Shown piece by piece: positions 50,509-60,073 of a stretch of 64,000 nt of DNA (position 1 is its first letter; each line of letters opens with the position of its first letter). Both the position numbers and the translations under genes were made by a program. This DNA is from Acidobacteriota bacterium (GTDB taxonomy: Bacteria > Acidobacteriota > Holophagae > Thermotomaculales > Thermotomaculaceae), in assembly GCA_036736005.1 (NCBI GenBank), contig DAINNF010000002.1, positions 193 through 64,192 of the forward strand, written 5' to 3'. The notes under the pieces are model-generated. The model saw nothing but the letters and a program-made list of their open reading frames with translations, was not told where the DNA came from and made no database searches.

Positions 50509-51580
50509 CCTTTTCCTTTAATTCAGCCATGGCCGGTTTGCCCAGCACCCGGCCCGTTTCCACTATAAAAGCTTTCAGTAGCTGCTGCAACATCCTTTCG
50601 GTTTCAGGAATCCGTTCCGACGCGGGGATGGGATAGACGTTGCGATACAGGAGTTCGAAATCCATGAATCCATAGTTGTTGAGGTCCAGTCCCCGAAGCC
50701 GTTCGCCGTGCTCCGCTTCCAGACGGTTCAATGCACCCTCCTGTACGATGGCAAAGGCGTCCCCGTTTTTCTCCGTCAGGAAATGGTAGATGGTCTGGAA
50801 CGGTTCGTTGAATTTCCGAAGCAGATCTTCCAGATGAAATTCGATTTCCTGTTCAGACATCTGCTGATCATGGGGACGGGCCATATTCAGGAATCCGCAA
50901 TAGGCCAGGCCGGCAAGTACCTGAAGGGTGTTGAATTCCGGCAGTGTGCTGAAACTGCAAATGGCCGATACGGTGTTGCGGCCATTGATCCACTCCAGTA
51001 TGGACTGTTCTTCCACGTCCATTTCCAGTACCCGGAAGACGGCTTCTTCGCTGTCCCGGTAAGCGGGCACCACATCGCCGTCCGGCATGATCTGCCTCAC
51101 CAGCGACAGGTGCTGGTAGCGGCGGATCCCGTTGTAGATCAGCCGCCTTGGATCCATATACAGCTCCATCGGAAGGGCATCCGGGTTTTCCGGTTTGAGA
51201 AATGCGTACCGTCCCCGTTTGGTCCGAAAAAGCGTACTGCCCAGGTCCAGAATGTAGGCCGTTAACCCATGGAGCAGTTCTTCATAGGACACAAAGCCCA
51301 GTTTAACCAGGAGTGCACCGAGACGTTCGCCGGTTTCGTTCATGCGCGCCGAGGCTTCGCGGTATTGTTCCCAGGTGATGGTGTTCTTGTAGAGGAGGTG
51401 TTCGCCGAATCGCTCATCGGGATCGGAAGACGATATGAAAGACACCTTGCCTTCCCCGTAGTGGATCCGCAGCGCCCGGTTTCCCGATTTGAACAGCAGG
51501 ACACAGCTCAGTTGCTGTTCCAGTGGTGCCTTCAGCAGACCGGGCAGTTCCAGATGGGTGAAATCTCCTTTAACGTCCAT
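50483..51580 (-). CDS. DUF4388-domain protein
   Basis: The N-terminus reads GDFTHLELPGLLKAP...LLFKSGNRALRIHYGEGKVSFISS...FGEHLLYKNTITWEQY, typical of the DUF4388/PatA-N fold. Confidence 0.6.
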   Translation of the reverse strand: MDVKGDFTHLELPGLLKAPLEQQLSCVLLFKSGNRALRIHYGEGKVSFISSSDPDERFGEHLLYKNTITWEQYREASARMNETGERLGALLVKLGFVSYEELLHGLTAYILDLGSTLFRTKRGRYAFLKPENPDALPMELYMDPRRLIYNGIRRYQHLSLVRQIMPDGDVVPAYRDSEEAVFRVLEMDVEEQSILEWINGRNTVSAICSFSTLPEFNTLQVLAGLAYCGFLNMARPHDQQMSEQEIEFHLEDLLRKFNEPFQTIYHFLTEKNGDAFAIVQEGALNRLEAEHGERLRGLDLNNYGFMDFELLYRNVYPIPASERIPETERMLQQLLKAFIVETGRVLGKPAMAELKEKVGTHERAD

Positions 51581-51603
51581 CGGTTCCTTTCCTTGCAGGT
51601 TTC

Positions 51604-51633
51604 ATAACAAAACGGGGCGTGAGAGCACGCCCC
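51604..51633 (-). terminator. Intrinsic terminator after the NfeD-stomatin pair
   Basis: The minus strand reads GGGGCGTG-CTCT-CACGCCCC (51633->51614), followed by GTTTTGTT. Confidence 0.7.
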
Positions 51634-51659
51634 GGTCTTGCTCATTTTTTCTGACAGAA

Positions 51660-52424
51660 TCAGGAGTTCTTTTTTGCGTCCCGCTTTTCCATGAAGAAGT
51701 CGAGTAACTCCAATGGAAGGGGGAACACAATGGTGGAATTCCGTTCCGTCGCGATTTCCGTGAGTGTCTGAAGGTAACGCAACTGCAGCGTAATGGGAGA
51801 ACGTTCCATGACATGGGAGGCTTCGGCCAGTTGCTTGGACGCCTGGAATTCACCGTCCGCATGGATGATCTTCGCCCGCTTTTCACGTTCCGCTTCGGCC
51901 TGACGTGCCATGGCCCGTTGCATGGATTCGGGCAGGTCCACATGTTTCACTTCAACGGCAGACACCTTGATTCCCCACGGGTCGGTATGCTTGTCCAGAA
52001 TGTCCTGCAGATGAATATTCAATTTTTCCCGGTCACTGAGCAGTTCATCCAGTTCCACCTGGCCCAGTACGCTTCTCAGTGTGGTCTGAGCGAGCTGGGA
52101 AGTGGCCATCAGGTAGTTTTCCACTTCAATTACCGCCTTGATCGGTCCCAGCACACGGAAGTAGATAACCGCGTTGACTTTCACCGATACGTTGTCCTTG
52201 GTGATGATGTCCTGCGGCGGTACATCCAGCACCACGGTACGGGTGCTGATCCGGACCATACGGTCGATGGGTTTGAACACAAAAATCAGTCCCGGTCCCT
52301 TGGGTTCTTTCAATACACGGCCCAGTCGGAAAATGACACCGCGTTCATATTCCGCCAGTATCTTCACGCATGAGATGAAGTACAGCACCAGCAGAACAAT
52401 CACGACATACAGAGGGTTTCCCAT
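51660..52424 (-). CDS. SPFH/band-7 (stomatin-like) protein
   Basis: N-terminal anchor plus the SPFH core ([12 protein letters not shown]...[17 protein letters not shown]...) and an Ala/Glu-rich coiled coil. Confidence 0.9.
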   Translation of the reverse strand: MGNPLYVVIVLLVLYFISCVKILAEYERGVIFRLGRVLKEPKGPGLIFVFKPIDRMVRISTRTVVLDVPPQDIITKDNVSVKVNAVIYFRVLGPIKAVIEVENYLMATSQLAQTTLRSVLGQVELDELLSDREKLNIHLQDILDKHTDPWGIKVSAVEVKHVDLPESMQRAMARQAEAEREKRAKIIHADGEFQASKQLAEASHVMERSPITLQLRYLQTLTEIATERNSTIVFPLPLELLDFFMEKRDAKKNS

Positions 52425-53750
52425 CTATTCTTCCTCCTTTACGGGTTTGACAACCAGTTTCATGTTGCGGATTTCCAATACCTGGACGGCTTGTCCCCGG
52501 GTGACCGGGTTCTGTGTGACCGCGTCCCAGTACTCTCCGTTTACAAAAATCTTGCCTTTCCGGTCAAAATCCCCGGCGGCGGTTCCTTCCATTCCCACCA
52601 GCATTTCCTGCCCGGCCATGGGCCGGTTCATGTGGGCTTTGATCACGAGACGTACCAGGAGAATGACCAGTGCGGCAAATCCCAGTGACAGAATCACAAT
52701 GGTCCACGGGGATATGGCGAGTCCCGGAAGATCCCGTTTAAACAGCATGGCGGATCCGATAATCATGGATATGATTCCTCCTATGGTCAGAAAACCATAA
52801 CTGACGATTTTTAGTTCCAGCGCGAACAGGATAACCGCCAGAATGATGAACAGAATTCCGGCGAAGTTGACCGGCAGAATCTTGGTTGCGTAGAAGAAGA
52901 GGATCAGACAGATGGCGCCGAACAGGCCCGGGAATACCACGCCAGGACTCTTCAGTTCGATGAAAATGCCGATGATACCGGCGAGGAACAGAAGATAGAC
53001 CAGTTCGGGCGATGCCAGTTTACTCAGCAACTGTTCTCTGAACGAATAGTCATATTCCGTAATCTCAATATCTTCGGGGGTTCCCAGATCCAGCTCGGGG
53101 TGCAGCGTTCCCAGCTGGGAAATCAGATCCTGCACCGATTCCGCTGTCAGGTCAATCAATCCCAGATCGAGACATTCGGCTGCCGACCAGGCCTTGCTTT
53201 CCCGGACGGCTTTTTCCGCCACATCCACAGGACGGTTCCGTTTCTCGGCGATGGATCGCATGAAGGCTGCCGTGTCTTCCACGGCTTTTTCTCCCATCAC
53301 ATCTTTCTGTTGTGTCGTGTCCTTATCTTTTTCCGGCTGTTGCTGGAACATCGGCATGGCGGAAACCGGATGTGCCGCTCCGGCATTCGTGCCCGGTGTC
53401 ATGGCCGGAAAATCGGATGACAGCAGGATAAAAAACCCTGCCGATGCGGCCCGGCTGCCGGTCGGATGAACGTACACACACACGGGGATTTCGGAAGACA
53501 TAATGGCCGATGTGATATCCCGGGTAGATGTCAGCAGTCCGCCCGGTGTGTTCAGCATGATAATGACCAGAGTGGCACTTTTTTCTTCGTTGATCCGTTT
53601 CAGGTGTTCCTGGATAAACTCGGCCGATACCGGCTGAATGGTGTCGTTGACATGCAGGACTGCCACATCGGCAGCATGCAGTCCAGTTGCCCAACCGGTA
53701 ACCAGGAACGATACGATCAGAACGGGGATCAGTTTGCGATATCTTTTCAT
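52425..53750 (-). CDS. NfeD-family membrane-bound ClpP-class serine protease
   Basis: Signal peptide, ClpP-like domain (TPGGLL...GSRAASAGFFI), a TM bundle and a C-terminal OB domain. It abuts the stomatin start codon. Confidence 0.85.
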   Translation of the reverse strand: MKRYRKLIPVLIVSFLVTGWATGLHAADVAVLHVNDTIQPVSAEFIQEHLKRINEEKSATLVIIMLNTPGGLLTSTRDITSAIMSSEIPVCVYVHPTGSRAASAGFFILLSSDFPAMTPGTNAGAAHPVSAMPMFQQQPEKDKDTTQQKDVMGEKAVEDTAAFMRSIAEKRNRPVDVAEKAVRESKAWSAAECLDLGLIDLTAESVQDLISQLGTLHPELDLGTPEDIEITEYDYSFREQLLSKLASPELVYLLFLAGIIGIFIELKSPGVVFPGLFGAICLILFFYATKILPVNFAGILFIILAVILFALELKIVSYGFLTIGGIISMIIGSAMLFKRDLPGLAISPWTIVILSLGFAALVILLVRLVIKAHMNRPMAGQEMLVGMEGTAAGDFDRKGKIFVNGEYWDAVTQNPVTRGQAVQVLEIRNMKLVVKPVKEEE

Positions 53751-53802
53751 GAGCCCATTATATTCCCTTCCCGCGGCTTTTTAAATGGTCAACCGGACCG
53801 GC

Positions 53803-55710
53803 TCAAACATGTTTCAGCCGGTCATACACCTGCCGGATACGGGGCATGGCGTCCCGGAATGCCGCGATCACATCCGGGTCGAAATGCGTACCGGCGTCCT
53901 TTTCCAATTCAACCACCGCTTCTTCCACCGTCCACGGTTCTTTATAGGGTCGGCGGGAGGTGAGTGCGTCAAACACATCAGCGGCCGTTACGATCCTGGC
54001 CGCCAGGGGAATCTCCTTGCCGGACAGTCCGTGCGGGTAGCCGGATCCATCGAATTTCTCGTGATGGTATTCCGCGATATCAATCGCCACCTTGAAAATG
54101 GAGTTTCCCTGATGCTTGACCTGTTCCTGCACACGGCGGAGGACCGCACCGCCAATGGCGGGATGCTGCTTCATGGCACCCCATTCATCCGGATTCAACC
54201 GTCCGGGTTTCAGGAGGACCTGGTCCGGGACGCCGACTTTTCCAATGTCATGCATGGGAGCAAACCGGCGTATGTCCCCGGGGAGATCGGGTGTCACGGC
54301 CGGTTCATCCGGGTATATCCGGATGTAGGATGCGGCAATGAAACTGGCATACATGGACATGCGGATCAGATGGTCGCCGGTTTCCGGGTCGCGGTTTTCA
54401 GCCAGCTTGGCGAGTCCTTCCACAACTGCGACGATCAGGTTTTCGGCAATCACGGTCCGGTCGATGATCCGGGCCACCTGACCGGCCAGGCTTTCCATGA
54501 AAATCCGGTCTTCCTGCTGGTAGGCGATCGGCTGACGGCTGGCGATGACCAGTGCTGACGGATAATCGGGGTTGGTGTTGAGCGGAAGGATCATGGCAGA
54601 CTGCAGACCAACCTCTATCAGTCGGTTCAATAATGGCCGGGAACCCGGCGTTTTTGCCTGTTCTTCCAGATTTTCCATAATGACGGGATGAGGGGATTGG
54701 AGGATTTCGTCCGGCAGACACCGGTCTGAAGTTTCCTCCGCTTCCGGTTCCGGGACTGAAATGGATCCGTCAGGAGCAGCGGAAACCCGGACACAGCCGT
54801 CCGGCCGGAAAGAGATCAGCATAGCCCAGTCCAGCGGCAGGAACGAGCGAAACTCACGACACACCACATCCATGGTTTCCTTGAGGGTCAACCCCCGGTT
54901 AATCCGCTCGGTCATCCGAAAGACTGCGTTGAGACGGGAGGACAGTGCGTTGAATCCCCGTGTCATTTCGGTCAATTCATCATTTCCCTGTTCCGGGACC
55001 TGGTATCCATACTCGCCGTTTGTGACCCGTTTGAATCCGCCGGTCGTTTGTTGCAGCGGTTTCAGCACCCGGGAGGTCAGCAGAAACAGGAGCAGTACCA
55101 TCAACAGAAAACCGGCAGTGATGGATACGATATTCCAGATCCGGATGCTGGCCAGCTTGTGTTCCATCATCCCCTGAAACGCCGTGGTCAGTTCCTTTGC
55201 AGACTGAACCAGCACGGGAGACCTGTCCCGGACGAAGCGTGCGGCTGCCTCCAGGCTTGAATTTCCCGATTCTCCCAGGGCATCGTTGAATCCGGATCGG
55301 AACCATTCCCAGTCTTCTGCGGCAAGGTCCAGCTGATTGCGGGATTGTTTGTCCCAACTGCATTTCAGCTCATCATCCCGCCCCGTCAACTCGGGAGACA
55401 GCTGTCGTTTCTTGAATCCTTCAATAATCTTGCTGTACCGGTCCATTCGGTTGCGCATCCCGTTGAGGAACGGCTCGGCTGCCGGATTCGATGTCTTGTC
55501 TGTTCCGACAGAACTCTGCAGATATTGTTCAGCGGATGCCCCCAGTTCATGGCTGATCACCCGCAGCTGTCCGGACAGGTTCAGGATCGCATAGTCATGT
55601 TTGCGCAGGTCAATCAGATACAGGGTATACGCTGATGATATGGCAAGGACCGTGAATAGTGCCACAATGGCCGCCGGAAGCCGAAAACGAAGACTGGCGG
55701 GAAAACGCAT
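53803..55710 (-). CDS. HD-GYP c-di-GMP phosphodiesterase with a PilJ/NarX-type periplasmic sensor, HAMP and GAF domains
   Basis: AILNLSGQLRVISHEL (P-box-like), TM, HAMP, GAF-like region, HDIGKVGVP...HHEKFDGSGYPHGL. Confidence 0.85.
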   Translation of the reverse strand: MRFPASLRFRLPAAIVALFTVLAISSAYTLYLIDLRKHDYAILNLSGQLRVISHELGASAEQYLQSSVGTDKTSNPAAEPFLNGMRNRMDRYSKIIEGFKKRQLSPELTGRDDELKCSWDKQSRNQLDLAAEDWEWFRSGFNDALGESGNSSLEAAARFVRDRSPVLVQSAKELTTAFQGMMEHKLASIRIWNIVSITAGFLLMVLLLFLLTSRVLKPLQQTTGGFKRVTNGEYGYQVPEQGNDELTEMTRGFNALSSRLNAVFRMTERINRGLTLKETMDVVCREFRSFLPLDWAMLISFRPDGCVRVSAAPDGSISVPEPEAEETSDRCLPDEILQSPHPVIMENLEEQAKTPGSRPLLNRLIEVGLQSAMILPLNTNPDYPSALVIASRQPIAYQQEDRIFMESLAGQVARIIDRTVIAENLIVAVVEGLAKLAENRDPETGDHLIRMSMYASFIAASYIRIYPDEPAVTPDLPGDIRRFAPMHDIGKVGVPDQVLLKPGRLNPDEWGAMKQHPAIGGAVLRRVQEQVKHQGNSIFKVAIDIAEYHHEKFDGSGYPHGLSGKEIPLAARIVTAADVFDALTSRRPYKEPWTVEEAVVELEKDAGTHFDPDVIAAFRDAMPRIRQVYDRLKHV

Positions 55711-55854
55711 ATGAAACTCCTGTACGGGACCCGGATGATTGTCCGTTCCCGTCTATTACCGGTATGATGTCGGATTTTATTCAGCATAGCACAGGAAAAG
55801 CCCGATTCTAAACTCCGACAGCGTACGATTGTGTCTGAATACCGTATCAACAGA

Positions 55855-55888
55855 TGAAAAAACCGGCCCATCAATCGATCGGCCGGTT
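55855..55888 (-). terminator. Intrinsic terminator after the NYN-domain gene
   Basis: The minus strand reads AACCGGCC-GATCGATTGATG-GGCCGGTT, followed by TTTTTC. Confidence 0.65.
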
Positions 55889-55911
55889 CCGGGTTTCGTT
55901 GGTTTGTCCGC

Positions 55912-56670
55912 TCAGCGGTCTCCGTTGGTTTTTTTCCGGGTGTCCCGGATATAGACGGATTTCCCGGGTGTATTGTCCGTGCTGCGTTCATCAATATCGA
56001 ACAACCGGGAAGCCCGAATCAGTTCCCCCAGCTTCTTGTACCCGTAGTTGCGCGGGTCGAATTCCGGTGCCTGGTTGGCTACGTGCTGTCCTACATTGCC
56101 CAGATAGGCCCAGCCGGACTCGTCTGCGGAAGCATCCACGGCGTTCCGCAGCATGTTCACCAGTTTGGTGTCCCCCTTGAGGGCATTGGAACCCCTCTTC
56201 TTGGCTTTTGAAACCGCGTCGTCATCTTTCCTGAGAATCTCGGTATAGATGAATTTGTCACACGCACCAACGAACGGTTTGGGTGTTTTGCTTTCGCCGA
56301 ATCCCAGAACCATCAGTCCGGCTTCCCGGATCCGGGAGGCCAGCCGTGTGAAATCGCTGTCGCTGGAAACGATACAGAAGCCGTCAAGCCGCTCGGTATA
56401 CAGTAAATCCATGGCATCAATGATCATGGCACTGTCGGTCGCGTTCTTTCCGACGGTGTATCCGAACTGCTGAATCGGTTGAATGGCATATTCCAGAAGC
56501 AATTCTTTCCAGCTCTTGAGCCGGGGGTCGGTCCAGTCTCCATAAATACGTTTGACAGAGGCGACGCCGTACTTGGCAATCTCTGCCATCAGATCTTCAA
56601 TAATGGAAGGCTGTGCGTTATCCGCGTCAATCAGTACAGCCAGTTTGTTCTGTGCACCATCCTGTGCCAT
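55912..56670 (-). CDS. NYN-domain (LabA-like) protein with a C-terminal OST-HTH/LOTUS domain
   Basis: LAVLIDADNA...VKRIYGDW...GKNATDSAMIIDAMD...CIVSSDSDFTRLASRIRE. C-terminal ...GWAYLGNVGQHV...FDPRNYGYKKLGELI. The ATG at 56670 has GGAGGG upstream. Confidence 0.8.
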   Translation of the reverse strand: MAQDGAQNKLAVLIDADNAQPSIIEDLMAEIAKYGVASVKRIYGDWTDPRLKSWKELLLEYAIQPIQQFGYTVGKNATDSAMIIDAMDLLYTERLDGFCIVSSDSDFTRLASRIREAGLMVLGFGESKTPKPFVGACDKFIYTEILRKDDDAVSKAKKRGSNALKGDTKLVNMLRNAVDASADESGWAYLGNVGQHVANQAPEFDPRNYGYKKLGELIRASRLFDIDERSTDNTPGKSVYIRDTRKKTNGDR

Positions 56671-56691
56671 GTTTCCCTCCAGTCCGTCTTC

Positions 56692-56719
56692 ATTGTAGCC
56701 GTTTCCCGCGGAAGTGCAA
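56692..56719 (-). promoter_or_regulatory. Sigma-70-type promoter for the NYN gene
   Basis: The minus strand reads TTGCAC (56719-56714), 16 nt, TACAAT (56697-56692). A second tandem TTGCAC lies at 56725-56720. Confidence 0.5.
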
Positions 56720-56864
56720 GTGCAAGCGACAGGTGGCATCTTTACAAACTGTTACACGCGGGAAATCGCCCGGCAATAAGAACCTGGAATGATATACTCG
56801 AAGGCACTTGAAATGAAGCTTTCTGGACTCGAAACGGCGTTGTCCGGGAGGGGAGGCGACCAGA

Positions 56865-57572
56865 ATGTCTGAACCGGTGAAAAGAGTAAAGGACCGGTTA
56901 TTGATTATTGATGACGATGTCAATCTGAATGAACTGCTGGAGTCCTACCTTTCCGATTTTGGATTCAGTGTGAAGGCCATATCAGATCCGGTGGCGGCGG
57001 TCCGTTATCTGAACGAGGATGCGGTTGATCTCGTTGTACTGGATGTGATGATGCCCGTCATGGATGGATTTGAAGTATTGCGGAAGATTCGGGAACGGCT
57101 GAACGTGCCCGTCATCATGCTGACCGCCCGTGGCGATGTAACGGATCGCATCGTAGGTCTGGAACTGGGGGCGGACGATTATCTGCCCAAGCCATTTGAA
57201 CCACGGGAGCTTGTGGCAAGGATCCGATCGGTACTGAAACGGTTCGACGGCAGTTCATCCGTTGGGGGGGAAATTGTAAAGACGCCCGGTGGTATCGAAC
57301 TGGAACCCGACAGACGCGAGGTCCGTCTGGACGGGGGTGTGCTGGACCTGACCACGATGGAATTCGATTTGTTGCACCTGATGATCCGCAAGAGGGGCCG
57401 GGTACTCAGTCGGGATTACCTGATGGAAAGTCTCAAGGGATATGAGTGGGAAACCTATGACCGGTCCATTGACGTGGCGGTCAGCCGGTTGCGTCACAAA
57501 CTGGATGACGATCCGACCACACCCCGGTTCATCAAGACCGTCCGGGGTGTCGGCTACATGTTCGTGGGTTGA
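56865..57572 (+). CDS. OmpR/PhoB-family response regulator
   Basis: REC (LLIIDDD...LVVLDVMMPVMDG...KPF) plus a winged helix (LTTMEFDLLHLM...IKTVRGVGYMF). Confidence 0.9.
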   Translation: MSEPVKRVKDRLLIIDDDVNLNELLESYLSDFGFSVKAISDPVAAVRYLNEDAVDLVVLDVMMPVMDGFEVLRKIRERLNVPVIMLTARGDVTDRIVGLELGADDYLPKPFEPRELVARIRSVLKRFDGSSSVGGEIVKTPGGIELEPDRREVRLDGGVLDLTTMEFDLLHLMIRKRGRVLSRDYLMESLKGYEWETYDRSIDVAVSRLRHKLDDDPTTPRFIKTVRGVGYMFVG

Positions 57573-57578
57573 TTTTTT

Positions 57579-58889
57579 ATGAGAAGTATCACGATTAAGT
57601 TGTATCTGGCAGCCATAGTTGCTGCGTCAATTATTACCGTCCTGTTGATCGCGTTCTTTTTTGTACGTCACCAGGAACGGCGTCTGAGTGTGCTCAATCC
57701 GAGGGAAGCCGGTCTGGCCATATTTCTGGTTCGGGAAATTGAACAGAGCCCGGACCAGGAGACGGTAGATCGACTGGCCGAGAATTTCGGGTTATTTATC
57801 CGGTACGAAGGTCCTGAAGGCGCCATACAGAGCAACCCGGACTTCTTCCAGTCGCCACGGTTTCTGCAGCTGGAACGCCGAAAGCGACCGCAACGGCAAT
57901 CCCGTCGCGATCGTCGGTTTCAGATCCAGGATATGGATCTGCTGATGGATGACCATGATCCGGTTGGATTTGATATCCGGATTGCAGACCGGCGTTATGT
58001 ATTCGTCAAAGATATTGAGACGGATAAGACCCGCAGGATGGCCTTTCTGGTAGCGGTCCTGGTACTGACCGTTCTGGGAGGTCTGGGCTTTCTGGTCAAA
58101 CGTTGGCTGGCGGATCCCCTGCGAAAACTGGAGGATGCGATCCGGATGTTTCCCCGAAGAATGGAACAGGAGATGGAGTCGCTGCCCCATGCGACCGGAG
58201 ACCTGAAACGCCTGTTCGATGCATTTTCCGATATGAAACAGCAGGTGAGGGAAGCGTTGGATGATCGGGACCGCCTGCTCCGGGATGTAAGCCATGATCT
58301 CAAGTCGCCCATGACACGTATGCGCGTTGCGGTGGAACTGCTTCCCCCTTCGGATTCCCGCGACCGGATTCTCGCCGACCTTGAAGATCTGGGCCGGCTG
58401 GTGAACCGTATACTGGAATCCAGACAACTGAACGGCGTGACCTTGACCACGCTGGACATGCGGAAGGAACTCACGGACTATCTGGACCGACGGATGCTTT
58501 CGGAAGATATCCGACTCCACGGGGAAGAATCATTTGCTTTTTCCGGAGACCGGGACCATCTCTGGCGCGTGTTTGACAATCTGATGGACAACTCACGGGC
58601 ATATGCGGACATCGAGAAGGGGCTGGATATCACGGTCAAGCGAAAGGGTAATCTGGGATTGATCCGGTTTCGTGATCATGGAGAAGTACTGTCCACCGAG
58701 GTCGTCAATCGGATCTTCGAACCGTTTTTCCGAGCGGATCCTTCCCGAAGGCAGGATGGCGTGCGGGCTTACGGTCTGGGTCTTGCGATCTGCCGTGGGG
58801 TTGTCAATGAAATGAAGGGAAACATCCAGGCAAGGCCGGCAACCGGTGGCGGGCTCGAGGTAGACATTCTCTTTCCGGTCATCGATTGA
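57579..58889 (+). CDS. Sensor histidine kinase (TM-periplasmic-TM-HAMP-HisKA-HATPase), partner of the OmpR-type regulator
   Basis: H-box VSHDLKSPMTRM, N-box DNLMDNSRAYA, G-box YGLGLAICRGVV. Confidence 0.9.
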   Translation: MRSITIKLYLAAIVAASIITVLLIAFFFVRHQERRLSVLNPREAGLAIFLVREIEQSPDQETVDRLAENFGLFIRYEGPEGAIQSNPDFFQSPRFLQLERRKRPQRQSRRDRRFQIQDMDLLMDDHDPVGFDIRIADRRYVFVKDIETDKTRRMAFLVAVLVLTVLGGLGFLVKRWLADPLRKLEDAIRMFPRRMEQEMESLPHATGDLKRLFDAFSDMKQQVREALDDRDRLLRDVSHDLKSPMTRMRVAVELLPPSDSRDRILADLEDLGRLVNRILESRQLNGVTLTTLDMRKELTDYLDRRMLSEDIRLHGEESFAFSGDRDHLWRVFDNLMDNSRAYADIEKGLDITVKRKGNLGLIRFRDHGEVLSTEVVNRIFEPFFRADPSRRQDGVRAYGLGLAICRGVVNEMKGNIQARPATGGGLEVDILFPVID

Positions 58890-58899
58890 TCAAGAAGAA

Positions 58900-58935
58900 G
58901 GGCGCCCGAATCCAGGCGCCCTGTTCGTTGTTTCT
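58900..58935 (+). terminator. Probable terminator hairpin between convergent genes
   Basis: GGGCGCC (58900-58906) / GGCGCCC (58915-58921), followed by TGTTCGTTGTTTCTCGTT. Confidence 0.45.
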
Positions 58936-58949
58936 CGTTGTTGAATCGG

Positions 58950-59519
58950 TCAGAACGTGATTTCGATCTTCGATGTCAGGTCCGGTTTTCCTTCCGGTAC
59001 GATTTGCAGAACAGCGGTGTCCCCTTTTTCTATTCCCGGGTTCTTGAAATAGAGCTTGGTTCGCAGTCCCTGTTTCCAGTTTACCGTGGCTTCTTCAGCA
59101 GGCACGAAAGACTGATTCCGGGCAGGGAAAAAATCCACCCGTTTCTGATAATCAAAACGGGACATCTGGGACGGGAATACGTGTTCCGTCTCCTTGGAGA
59201 GGATGGTCAGATCCATGACATCCTGGTTATAGTTGGTACGCAATTCCTTGAGAGACGGCAGTGCAATCTTCTGGCCTTTGTAAATGAGCGTGAAAGACGC
59301 ACGGTTGAGGGTTGCGGTGATTCCATGGTCACCACCGATGTATGCAACCAGTGGCAGATAACCTTTGGAAAGCCGCTTCGCCGCTACTGAGGCATTTACG
59401 GCGATCATGAGCGGGTGGTCGGTGTCGATATACGAATAGTTGCCCAGATGCCTCGTTTCCGCCAGGGCGGAAGTGCTCAGCCCGATCACAATTAAAAAGC
59501 TCAATAACAATCGTTTCAT
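58950..59519 (-). CDS. Hypothetical secreted protein
   Basis: MKRLLLSFLIVIGLSTSALA signal. GGAGGA RBS before the ATG at 59519. I recognise no family motif. Confidence 0.55.
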   Translation of the reverse strand: MKRLLLSFLIVIGLSTSALAETRHLGNYSYIDTDHPLMIAVNASVAAKRLSKGYLPLVAYIGGDHGITATLNRASFTLIYKGQKIALPSLKELRTNYNQDVMDLTILSKETEHVFPSQMSRFDYQKRVDFFPARNQSFVPAEEATVNWKQGLRTKLYFKNPGIEKGDTAVLQIVPEGKPDLTSKIEITF

Positions 59520-59642
59520 GACGTCCTCCTTCATCAGTCAATTGTTGTGCATAAATCTTGCAACATTCATACCGTTGAATTGTCACCTGGAGTGGAAGCG
59601 TGAGATGGATCACGAGTATGCAGAAGACCAGGGGCGGTCATA

Positions 59643-59670
59643 TTGCAATATGTGCAGAATCGGTTATACT
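59643..59670 (+). promoter_or_regulatory. Sigma-70-type promoter for the cytochrome c3 gene
   Basis: TTGCAA (59643-59648), 16 nt, TATACT (59665-59670). Confidence 0.5.
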
Positions 59671-59696
59671 GTGACCGAGCACAAAGGAGGGTACAT

Positions 59697-60050
59697 ATGA
59701 AGAGAATCGTTTCTTTCGCAATGGCGATCGCGTTCATTCTGGGCGTGACGCTGGTTCTGGCCGCAGATGCGCCGGAAACCGTTACGATCAAGGCAAACGA
59801 AAAGAAGCAGGTTGAATTCCCGCACAAGGTTCATGCTGACAAGTATGAATGCAACACGTGCCATCATAAGATGGAAGCGGGTGCAACCCCGGCTGCATGC
59901 ACCACCTGTCACCAGAAGACAGACGGTGATGCACCGAAGCGCATGACGGCATTCCACAGCAAGACCGCTGCCATGTCCTGTGTTGGATGCCACAAGAAGG
60001 AAGGCGGAAAAGCTCCTGTCAAATGTCTGGAGTGCCATCCCAAGAAGTAA
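59697..60050 (+). CDS. Tetraheme cytochrome c3 (class III)
   Basis: 117 aa with a signal peptide and four CXXCH motifs (CNTCH, CTTCH, CVGCH, CLECH) plus distal His residues (FPHKVH, CHH, FHSK). AGGAGGG RBS before the ATG at 59697. Confidence 0.9.
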   Translation: MKRIVSFAMAIAFILGVTLVLAADAPETVTIKANEKKQVEFPHKVHADKYECNTCHHKMEAGATPAACTTCHQKTDGDAPKRMTAFHSKTAAMSCVGCHKKEGGKAPVKCLECHPKK

Positions 60051-60073
60051 CCGCTCTGCAGTTGAACAAACAG

